The notes under the pieces were generated by a model. It was not told the origin of the DNA, did no database searches, and saw only the letters and a program-made list of their open reading frames with translations. A stretch of 64,000 nt of DNA from Hydrogenophaga intermedia (GTDB lineage: Bacteria; Pseudomonadota; Gammaproteobacteria; Ga0077536). The position numbers and the translations under genes were made by a program. Where the stretch lies: the NCBI GenBank assembly GCA_943370145.1, contig CALRPY020000002.1, positions 89,766-153,765 on the forward strand, given 5' to 3'. The stretch's first letter is position 1. Every line of letters starts with the position of its first letter. This document shows, piece after piece, positions 56,299 to 64,000 of the stretch.

Positions 56299-58719
56299 AT
56301 GTTGCGCATCCCGTTCTATTTGCTGCTGGCCACCGCGATCGTTGCCGTCACCGTTACCTGCGCCGCGCTGTGGTGGGTCGTCCCGCAACTGCCCTCGGCC
56401 GCCAGCCTGCGGGATGTCCGCCTCCAGACCCCGCTGCGGGTGTACACGGCCGATGGTGCGCTGATCGCCGAATTCGGGGAGAAGCGCCGCTACCCCCTCG
56501 CTATCGGCGAAGTACCGCTTCTGGTGAAGCAGGCCTTCATCGCCGCCGAGGATGACCGCTTCTACGAGCATCCAGGCGTGGACTGGATGGCCATCGTGCG
56601 CGCGGCCGTCGAGGTTGCGCGCTCGCAGGAGAAGCGCCAGGGCGGCAGCACGATCACGATGCAGCTTGCCCGCAATTTTTTCCTGTCACGCGAGAAGACC
56701 TATCAGCGAAAACTGAAGGAAATCGTCCTGGCGATAAAAATCGAGCGCGAGCTCAGCAAGGATGAGATTCTTGAGCTGTATCTCAACAAGATTTTTCTTG
56801 GCCAGCGCGCTTACGGCGTTGGCGCGGCAGCCCAGGTCTATTACGGGACCACCCTCGACAAGCTCACGGTTGCCGAGATCGCGATGATCGCCGGCCTGCC
56901 CAAGGCGCCGTCGAACACGAACCCAATCTCCAATCCGGCTGCCGCGATGGCCCGGCGCAGCTATGTGCTGCGGCGGATGTATGAGCTGGATTACATCGAT
57001 GAAGCGACCTACCAGAACGCGCTGGACGCCCCGCAAACGGCGCGGCTGCACTCGCAGCAGGCCGAGACCAACGCGCCCTACCTCGCCGAGATGGTGCGCG
57101 CGGCGCTGCAGGAAAAGTATGGCGAGGCGGTTTACACCGCCGGTTATCGCGTCTTCACGACGGTCACGAGCGATCTGCAGGCGGCGGCGGTCAAGGCCTT
57201 GCGCACGACGCTCATCAACTACGACCGCCGGCACGGATACCGAGGCCCCGAGGGCAAGGTCGATCTCGCCGCCCTCCCGGCCGAGCGACGCACCGAGTTC
57301 CTGTTGCCCTACCCGGAGTTTGGCGGCTTGCAGGCCGTCATCGTGGAGAACGTGCGCGAGGATGCGATTGACGTCTTCGATGCGCGGGGCGAGGTGCTCA
57401 CCATCGGCTGGAAGGGCCTGGGCTGGGCCCGACCCCACCTCGGGGAAGACGCGATCGGGGCGGCCCCCAGGCGCGCCTCGGACATCGTTGCGCCAGGTGA
57501 CGTGGTCCGCATCGAGTGGTTGCCGCCGGCAGACAAGCAGGACGGCTACTGGCGACTGGCCCAGGTGCCGAAGGTCGAGGGCGCCCTGGTCTCGATTGCG
57601 ACTCGCGACGGCGCGGTGCAGGCGCTGGTGGGCGGCTTCGACTTTACGAAGAGCAAGTTCAACCGCGTGATCCAGGCGCTCCGCCAGCCGGGCTCCAACT
57701 TCAAGCCATTCATATATTCCGCTGCACTGGACAACGGCTACACGGCCGCCAGCTTTGTCAACGACGCGCCGATAGTCTTCGACGCGCCGGGGCTGGAAGC
57801 CGCATGGCGCCCCGAGAACTACAGCGGCACCTATTACGGCCCGACCCGCCTGCGCGAAGCGCTCGCGAATTCCCGCAACCTGGTGTCGATCCGCATGATG
57901 CGCGAGGTCGGCATCGACAAGACCATCGAGCACGTCAGCCGCTTCGGCTTCGACGCGAAGGCCCTGCCGCGCAACCTGTCGCTGTCCCTCGGTACCGGCG
58001 AACTCACGCCGCTGCAGCTCGTGACCGGCTACGCCGCGTTCTCGAACGGCGGTTTCCGCGTGGAGCCCTACTTCATCCAGCGCGTGGAGCTGGAAGACGG
58101 AACGCAGGTATCGGTGGCCGATCCGCTCGTCGCCTGCGACGATTGCTCTGCGCCCGCCCTCGACGAGGACGGCGAGCCGGTCGATATCGCGGCGCTCGAG
58201 GCGCAGACCACCCAGCGCATCGCGCCGCGCGCGATCGACGCCCAGAACGCCTACATGATGTATTCGATGATGAAGGACGTCATCCGGCGCGGCACCGGCC
58301 GGCGTGCGCTGGAGCTCAAGCGCAACGACCTGGCCGGCAAGACCGGCACCACCAACGACCAGAAGGACGCGTGGTTTTCCGGCCTGAACGGCCGCATCGC
58401 GACCACCGTGTGGGTCGGCTTCGATCAGGTCGCGCCGCTGGGCAACCAGGAAACCGGCGCGCGGGCCGCGCTGCCGATGTGGATCGACTACATGCGTGCG
58501 GCGCTGAAGGACATGCCGGAGTCCGAGCCGCCGCTGCCGCCGGGCGTCGTCACCGTGCGCATCGATCCAGCCACCGGCGCGGTCGCCGGTGTCGGCAATC
58601 GCAACGCCATCCTCGAGACCTTCCGCGCGCAGGACGTGCCGAAGGCGGGCGCCGCCGCGCCGTCGGCGCCGGTCGGCTACAGCGAGCCGCGCGCAACCGA
58701 CACCGAAACACTGTTCTAG
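56299..58719 (+). CDS. ponA: penicillin-binding protein 1A (bifunctional glycosyltransferase/transpeptidase)
   Basis: GT51 motifs ..FIAAEDDRFYEH.GVD.. and RQGGSTITMQLA; TP motif SxxK as GSNFKPF. Start is ATG 56299, or GTG 56272. Confidence 0.94.
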   Translation: MLRIPFYLLLATAIVAVTVTCAALWWVVPQLPSAASLRDVRLQTPLRVYTADGALIAEFGEKRRYPLAIGEVPLLVKQAFIAAEDDRFYEHPGVDWMAIVRAAVEVARSQEKRQGGSTITMQLARNFFLSREKTYQRKLKEIVLAIKIERELSKDEILELYLNKIFLGQRAYGVGAAAQVYYGTTLDKLTVAEIAMIAGLPKAPSNTNPISNPAAAMARRSYVLRRMYELDYIDEATYQNALDAPQTARLHSQQAETNAPYLAEMVRAALQEKYGEAVYTAGYRVFTTVTSDLQAAAVKALRTTLINYDRRHGYRGPEGKVDLAALPAERRTEFLLPYPEFGGLQAVIVENVREDAIDVFDARGEVLTIGWKGLGWARPHLGEDAIGAAPRRASDIVAPGDVVRIEWLPPADKQDGYWRLAQVPKVEGALVSIATRDGAVQALVGGFDFTKSKFNRVIQALRQPGSNFKPFIYSAALDNGYTAASFVNDAPIVFDAPGLEAAWRPENYSGTYYGPTRLREALANSRNLVSIRMMREVGIDKTIEHVSRFGFDAKALPRNLSLSLGTGELTPLQLVTGYAAFSNGGFRVEPYFIQRVELEDGTQVSVADPLVACDDCSAPALDEDGEPVDIAALEAQTTQRIAPRAIDAQNAYMMYSMMKDVIRRGTGRRALELKRNDLAGKTGTTNDQKDAWFSGLNGRIATTVWVGFDQVAPLGNQETGARAALPMWIDYMRAALKDMPESEPPLPPGVVTVRIDPATGAVAGVGNRNAILETFRAQDVPKAGAAAPSAPVGYSEPRATDTETLF

Positions 58720-58764
58720 GCGCGCGAACGCGCCGCATCGCGAGACCGGACCCCCACACCAGCC

Positions 58765-59421
58765 ATGCGCCGTCCCGGCAAACACGGCTCACCGCCCACC
58801 GCCGACCGGCGGCGCAGCGAAATTGCGCAGGTGGCGGCGCGCCTGCTGATGGAGGGTGAAGCCGAGGACTTCGGCGCCGCGAAGCGCAAGGCGGCGGCCC
58901 AGGTCGGCGCGCCCGATTTGCGCAGCCTGCCCGACAATATCGAAGTGCAGGCGGCGATTATCGAGAACCAGCGCCTGTTCGAACCCGAGGAGACCGCCGA
59001 GCGCACGCGCCGACTGCGCCTGGCGGCGTTGCAGTCGATGCGCTTCTTCGCGGAGTTCGAGCCCCGGCTCGTCGGACCGGTGCTGCACGGCACGCCGTTC
59101 GAGCATTCACCGGTCACACTGCACCTCTTCGCCGACGAGCTGGAGCAGGTCATCCGCCGCCTGCTCGATGCCCGTGTGCCGTACGACCTTGGCGAGCAGA
59201 CGCGCCGCACCGGTCGCCGTGATCAGGAAACCTATCCGGTCCTGGAAACCGCGATGGGCGGCATCGAGTTCGAACTCGTGGTGCTGCCCCATGCGCGGCT
59301 CGTGCATCCGCCGCTGTCGCCGCTCGACGGCGCGCCCTACCGCCGCCTCGACGCGCAGGCCCTGGCCCAGCTGCTCGACTCCCCGGAATCCGGCGAACCG
59401 TACGCCCCGCACGGCCGTTGA
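58765..59421 (+). CDS. conserved hypothetical protein, translationally coupled to priA
   Basis: 218-aa ORF with coding-like composition. Its stop TGA (59419-59421) overlaps the priA ATG by 1 nt. I recognise no family with confidence. Confidence 0.5.
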   Translation: MRRPGKHGSPPTADRRRSEIAQVAARLLMEGEAEDFGAAKRKAAAQVGAPDLRSLPDNIEVQAAIIENQRLFEPEETAERTRRLRLAALQSMRFFAEFEPRLVGPVLHGTPFEHSPVTLHLFADELEQVIRRLLDARVPYDLGEQTRRTGRRDQETYPVLETAMGGIEFELVVLPHARLVHPPLSPLDGAPYRRLDAQALAQLLDSPESGEPYAPHGR

Positions 59422-61622
59422 TGGACGCGAGCACGCGCTGCCTGCAGGTTGCCGTGCTGGCGCCGGTCCGGCAGGTGTTCGACTACCTGCCGCCGCCGGG
59501 TGAATCGCCCGCGGACCTCATCGGTCGCCGCGTACGCGTGCCCTTCGGGCGTGGCGAGCGCGTCGGCATCGTCATCGGCGACTCGCCGCCCAGCCACGAC
59601 GCCGCGAGCCTCAAGCCGGTGCTCGAACTGCTCGACGACGAAGCCCTGCTCGATGCCGGCCTCGTCGCGCTCGCGCGCTGGGCGGCCCACTACTACTGCC
59701 ATCCTGTCGGCGAAGCCCTGAGCGCGCTGCTGTCCGTCGAACTCCGGCGTGGCGAGCGCCTGCGCGTCACGACCGAACGCGGCTGGTGTCTCACCGCGGC
59801 TGGCCAGGACGTGCTGGATGCCGGCCCGCGACTGGGTGCCCGCCAGCGTGAATTGCTGCTCGCCGCGCGCCAGCGGCCGCTGGCCGCGGCGGACTTGCGT
59901 GCCTTTCCCTTCGACGCCGTTCGCGTGCTGGCCGAGCTCCGCCGCCGCGGGTGGCTGGCCGACACCGATCTCGCGGCGCCGGCGCCGGCCCGGGTCGACG
60001 AAACCCGCTTCCTGCCGCTGAACGAAGCGCAGGCCGGGGCGTTGTCCGTGCTGCTGGCGCACCGCGACGCGTACGCGGCCCTGCTGCTGCAGGGCGTGAC
60101 CGGCAGCGGCAAGACCGAGGTGTACCTGCACGCCGCACGCTCAATGCTCGCGGCCGGTCGCCAGGTGCTGATGCTGATTCCGGAAATCGGGCTGTCGGAA
60201 CAGCTCGTCCAGCGCTTCCGCGAGCGTTTCGGCAGCGCGGTCGCCGTGCTGCATTCCGAACTCACGGACCGCGAGCGGGCGCTGGTGTGGGAGCGCGCCC
60301 GGCGCGGCGAGGTCGGCATCGTGCTGGGCACGCGGTCTGCGGTGTGGACCCCGCTGCCGGCGCTCGGCCTCATCGTCGTCGACGAGGAGCACGATGCTTC
60401 GTTCAAGCAGCAGGAAGGATTCCGCTACTCCGCACGTGACGTCGCGGTGGTGCGCGCGCGCAACGCCGGCCTGCCGATCCTGCTCGGTTCGGCGACGCCT
60501 TCGCTCGAAACCGAACTCAACGTCCAGCGCGGCAAATACCAGCGCCTCGTGCTGCCTAGCCGTGCCGGCGGGGCCGTGCCGCCGACCCTGCGCGACGTCG
60601 ACGTGCGGGGACTGAAGCTTGCCGGTGGCTTGAGCGACGCCCTGTGCGCGGCGATCGGGGACCGCCTCGCGCGCGGCGAGCAGACGCTGCTGTTCCTGAA
60701 CCGGCGCGGTTTCGCGCCGCTGCTGATGTGCCACGCCTGCGGCTGGATTGCCCAGTGCGAGCGCTGCGATGCGCGGCTGGTCCTGCACCACCGGCGCGAG
60801 CGCCTGGTCTGCCACCACTGCGGCGCCGAGCAGCGCCTCCAGTCGACCCGCGCCCCCTGCTGCCCGGCACCGGACCTGTTCACGCTGGGCGTCGGCACCG
60901 AGCAGGTCGAGCAGGCCCTGAACGAGCGCTTCCCCGGCAGCCGGGTGCTGCGCATCGACCGCGACACCATGCGGCGCAAGGGCGAACTGGAAGCGGCCTA
61001 CGCCGCCGTCCGCGAGCGGCGGGTCGACATCCTGATCGGCACGCAGATGCTCGCGAAAGGGCACGATTTCCCGGCCGTGACGCTGGTCGGTGTCGTCGAT
61101 GCGGACAGCCGGCTCTTCGCCGCCGATTTCCGCGCGGGCGAGCGCTTCGCGCAGACCCTGCTGCAGGTTGCCGGGCGCGCGGGCCGCGCCGACGCGCCCG
61201 GGGAAGTGCTGGTCCAGACCCATCACCCCGCGCACCCGCTGCTGCAACTGGTCCTGCGCCACGACTATGCCGAGTTCGCGCGCGCCGCGCTCGCCGAACG
61301 CGCGGAGGCCTTGCTGCCGCCCTACGTGTCGATGGCGGTCGTGCGCGCCGAAGCCGTCGACGCGCGGGCCCCGCAGCGCTTCCTGCAGGACCTGCGCCAG
61401 GCGAGCGCCGCCCGCATCCCGCCCGACGTCGACGTCGCGGGACCGGTGCCGGCGCCGATGGAGCGCCGCGCCGGCAAGTACCGCGCGATACTGATGCTGA
61501 GTTCGGCGCGCCGTGGCGCGCTGGCCGCCGCGCTGGACGCGGTGGTCGACGCCGCCGCCGGGCTGCCCGTGCGCAATCGCGTCCGCTGGCACATCGACGT
61601 CGACCCGCAGGACGCCGGCTGA
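59421..61622 (+). CDS. priA: primosomal replication restart helicase PriA
   Basis: ..LLQGVTGSGKTEVY..VVDEEHD.S.KQ.. and the Cys-rich zinc region CHACGW..CERCD..CHHCG. Confidence 0.95.
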   Translation: MDASTRCLQVAVLAPVRQVFDYLPPPGESPADLIGRRVRVPFGRGERVGIVIGDSPPSHDAASLKPVLELLDDEALLDAGLVALARWAAHYYCHPVGEALSALLSVELRRGERLRVTTERGWCLTAAGQDVLDAGPRLGARQRELLLAARQRPLAAADLRAFPFDAVRVLAELRRRGWLADTDLAAPAPARVDETRFLPLNEAQAGALSVLLAHRDAYAALLLQGVTGSGKTEVYLHAARSMLAAGRQVLMLIPEIGLSEQLVQRFRERFGSAVAVLHSELTDRERALVWERARRGEVGIVLGTRSAVWTPLPALGLIVVDEEHDASFKQQEGFRYSARDVAVVRARNAGLPILLGSATPSLETELNVQRGKYQRLVLPSRAGGAVPPTLRDVDVRGLKLAGGLSDALCAAIGDRLARGEQTLLFLNRRGFAPLLMCHACGWIAQCERCDARLVLHHRRERLVCHHCGAEQRLQSTRAPCCPAPDLFTLGVGTEQVEQALNERFPGSRVLRIDRDTMRRKGELEAAYAAVRERRVDILIGTQMLAKGHDFPAVTLVGVVDADSRLFAADFRAGERFAQTLLQVAGRAGRADAPGEVLVQTHHPAHPLLQLVLRHDYAEFARAALAERAEALLPPYVSMAVVRAEAVDARAPQRFLQDLRQASAARIPPDVDVAGPVPAPMERRAGKYRAILMLSSARRGALAAALDAVVDAAAGLPVRNRVRWHIDVDPQDAG

Positions 61623-61697
61623 TCGCGGCGGCCGGGCGCATTCCTTCGCTTGCCGGCTGCGCGTATCCTGCCGTGACCGTCCCATCCCGGTGCCCGC

Positions 61698-62366
61698 ATG
61701 AAGCCGAATGCGCCTGTCACGCTCGCCCGCCTGTCGCTGCTCCTGATCCTCGCCGCGCCCGTCTGCGGTGCCGGCGAACCGGCGCCGCCGCCCGAAGTGC
61801 GCATCACCGCCGAGCGGCGCCAGGTCGAGGTCAGGCACGGGGGCAGGCCGGTCGTGATCGAGCGTCGGCAGGATCCGGAGTCGACGATCAACCCGGCCTA
61901 CGCGAAGACCGCGCGTCCCTGTCCGCCGTTCTGCATCCAGCCCATGTCCACCGCCCCCGGCGTCGAGACCATCGGCGAACTGGAGATGCTCGATTACCTC
62001 GAGCGCGTGTCCGCCGGTGACGAGACCGTCCTCGTCATCGACTCCCGCACGCCGGACTGGGTCGAGCAGGGGACCATTCCCGGCTCGGTCAACATCTCGT
62101 GGCAGCAGCTGAACCCGGAAGCGGGCGCCGACCCGATGGAAATCGCCGACATCCTCGAGCGCCGTTTCGGCGCGCTCAACCAGGAAGGCCTGTGGGACTT
62201 CAGCGCGGCGAAGACACTGGTGATGTTCTGCAACGGGCCGTGGTGCGGACAGTCACCGACCAACATCCGCACCCTGGTCAAGTTCGGTTACCCCCCGCAC
62301 AGGATCAAATGGTATCGGGGTGGCCTGCAGGACTGGGAAAGCCTTGGCCTGACGGTGGTCCGCTGA
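61698..62366 (+). CDS. secreted rhodanese-domain sulfurtransferase-like protein
   Basis: Signal peptide ..LLLILAAPVCGA; rhodanese block VLVIDSRT..G.IPGS.NI.. with the active-site loop MFCNGPWCGQS. Confidence 0.75.
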   Translation: MKPNAPVTLARLSLLLILAAPVCGAGEPAPPPEVRITAERRQVEVRHGGRPVVIERRQDPESTINPAYAKTARPCPPFCIQPMSTAPGVETIGELEMLDYLERVSAGDETVLVIDSRTPDWVEQGTIPGSVNISWQQLNPEAGADPMEIADILERRFGALNQEGLWDFSAAKTLVMFCNGPWCGQSPTNIRTLVKFGYPPHRIKWYRGGLQDWESLGLTVVR

Positions 62367-62449
62367 TGCGCGACGGTGCGGCCGACCGCGGTGCGGCCCG
62401 CGGCACGTGTGTGTAGAATGCGCGCCTTCTCGCCCAGCGCATTCAGCCA

Positions 62450-64000
62450 TTGAAACAGGAAATCCAGACTCTGCTCGCGACGCTCGTCGAGCGGCTCATT
62501 GGCGCCGGCGACCTGCCGATCCCCGAGGCGCCGCCCTTCGTCATCGAGCCGCCGCGCAACCCGTCGCACGGTGACTTCAGCACCAACCTCGCGATGGTGC
62601 TCGCGAAGCCTTGCCGCAAGCCGCCGCTCGAGCTGGCGGCGCGCCTGGTCGCGGCGCTCGAACTGCCGACGTTCGTCGAGACGGTCGAGGTCGCGCCGCC
62701 GGGCTTCATCAATTTCCGCCTCAAGCGCGGCGCGATGCTGGACGTGGTCGCCGACATCATCGCGCGCGGCGACGCCTATGGCGAATCGCGGCGCGCCGTC
62801 GTGGGGCCGGTCCAGATCGAGTTCGTATCCGCGAACCCGACGGGCCCGCTGCATGTCGGCCATGGCCGCGGCGCGGCCTACGGCAGCGCGCTCGCGCGCC
62901 TGCTGCGCGCGACCGGCTGCGAAGTCCACACCGAATACTACGTCAACGATGCCGGCCGCCAGATGGACATCCTGGCGCTCAGCGTGTGGCTGCGTTACCT
63001 GGAAGCGCAGGGGGTGGCCGCCGCGCTGCCCGACAACGCCTACCGTGGCGACTACATCCGGGACATCGCGCGGGCGCTCGGCGTGCGCGACGGCGCGCGC
63101 TACCTCGAGACGCCAGCGCTGCCGACCGAGGCCACGCATGCCGAGCCCGAAGCCCGGCTCGATGCCGCGATCGCGGAATGCCAGGCGCGCCTCGGCAGCG
63201 AGCGCTACCGCGCGCTGCATGCCTTCGCCTGCGACTCGATCCTCGACGGCATCAAGGACGACCTGAAGGCCTTCGGCGTCGATTTCGACCTGTGGTACTC
63301 GGAACGCAGCCTGTGGGAAACGGGCAAGATCGACGCCGCGCTCGACCGCCTGCGCGCGCACGGGCACCTGTACGTGAAGGATGGTGCGCAGTGGTTCGCC
63401 TCCAGCGCGCTCGGTGACGAAAAGGATCGCGTGGTCATCCGCGACAACGGCAACGCAACCTACTTCGCGTCCGACATCGCCTACCACGCCGAGAAGTTCG
63501 AGCGCGGTTTCACGCGCGTGCTGGATATCTGGGGTGCGGATCACCACGGCTACATTCCGCGCGTGCGCGCCGCGCTGGCGGCGCTCGGCGAGGATCCGGA
63601 TCGCCTCGAAGTGCTGCTGGTCCAGTTCGCGGCGCTGTATCGCGGCGGCGAGCGCGTCCAGATGTCGACACGCTCCGGCGAGTTCGTGACGCTGCGCGAG
63701 TTGATCGACGAGGTCGGCGCGGACGCCGCGCGGTTCTTCTACATCATGCGTCGCTCCGACCAGCACCTCGATTTCGATCTCGACCTCGCGAAATCCCAGA
63801 GCCAGGACAACCCGGTCTACTACCTGCAGTACGCACATGCGCGGATCTGCAGCATCTTCCGCCAGGCGGGCGAGGTCGATCCCGCTGCCGGCGTCGCCGC
63901 GCGCGGACTGCTCGTCGAGCAGAAGGAACAGGCGCTCGCCGCGCTGCTGCTGCGCATGCCGGACGTCATCGCGAATGCCGCCCGCGACCGCGAACCACAC
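62450..64000 (+). CDS. argS: arginyl-tRNA synthetase, N-terminal about 517 codons (continues beyond the right edge)
   Basis: Own translation; absent from the ORF track because there is no stop in the window. TTG start, LKQEIQTLLATLVERL..PSHGDFSTNLAM..IEFVSANPTGPLHVGHGRGAAYG..YYVNDAGRQMDIL. An in-frame TAG at 62414 limits upstream extension. Confidence 0.92.
   Translation, partial: MKQEIQTLLATLVERLIGAGDLPIPEAPPFVIEPPRNPSHGDFSTNLAMVLAKPCRKPPLELAARLVAALELPTFVETVEVAPPGFINFRLKRGAMLDVVADIIARGDAYGESRRAVVGPVQIEFVSANPTGPLHVGHGRGAAYGSALARLLRATGCEVHTEYYVNDAGRQMDILALSVWLRYLEAQGVAAALPDNAYRGDYIRDIARALGVRDGARYLETPALPTEATHAEPEARLDAAIAECQARLGSERYRALHAFACDSILDGIKDDLKAFGVDFDLWYSERSLWETGKIDAALDRLRAHGHLYVKDGAQWFASSALGDEKDRVVIRDNGNATYFASDIAYHAEKFERGFTRVLDIWGADHHGYIPRVRAALAALGEDPDRLEVLLVQFAALYRGGERVQMSTRSGEFVTLRELIDEVGADAARFFYIMRRSDQHLDFDLDLAKSQSQDNPVYYLQYAHARICSIFRQAGEVDPAAGVAARGLLVEQKEQALAALLLRMPDVIANAARDREPH

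Noticed and set aside
56686-58785. 699-aa minus-strand ORF opposite ponA. Similar long antisense ORFs are 62288..64000, 18413..20455, 20386..22008, 9109..11112, 12567..14279, 43859..45469, 29878..30804 and 60141..61838.
   Set aside because: All lie antisense or out of frame to genes with strong family signatures. Their composition is low-complexity Arg/Gly/Ala/Pro.

Overview
Densely coding, visibly GC-rich chromosome segment (about two-thirds G+C by eye, not computed). The gene content and order point to a Gammaproteobacterium. I call about 57 protein genes and one tRNA. I found no transposase, integrase, phage gene, CRISPR array or recognisable defence gene. Most of the window is core genome in three synteny blocks of the kind seen in Pseudomonas. 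Block 1 is valS-holC-pepA, divergent from an lptG-like permease. Block 2 is pcnB-folK-(deoxynucleoside kinase)-panC-cinA-like, followed by miaB-phoH-ybeY-corC-lnt. Block 3 is hemE-gltD-gltB, a DamX-like AAA/SPOR gene, (dgt), aroB-aroK and pilQPONM, divergent from ponA and followed by priA, a rhodanese gene and argS. Two accessory-looking blocks interrupt this. Block A (about 7.3-14.2 kb) is a signalling cluster. It holds a FecR-domain/OmpA-like pair, an RsbW-like kinase, a CHASE2-PP2C phosphatase, an MBL-fold hydrolase and a STAS antagonist, which together form a partner-switching set with no sigma factor. An orphan aldehyde:ferredoxin-oxidoreductase-family gene and tRNA-Glu(CUC) sit next to it. 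Block B (about 24.6-39.0 kb) looks metal- or envelope-related. It holds a TonB-dependent receptor with a sensor-less BlaI/BlaR1-type switch and a tightly coupled seven-gene operon. That operon encodes an anchored PPIase, three different HupE/UreJ-type permeases, a membrane-fused spermidine-synthase-like protein and two TIGR02466-type oxygenase-like proteins. Block B also holds an acidic VPLPA/PEP-CTERM-type sorted protein, a secreted PHP-domain protein and a His-poor DUF2796-like protein. The seven-gene operon is my best candidate for an undescribed system, and the sigma-less partner-switching cluster is second. All family assignments rest on motifs I recognise in the translations. No database search was run. 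Many long ORFs in the track are antisense or out-of-frame GC artefacts and were discarded. Several starts were trimmed to internal ATG/GTG codons.
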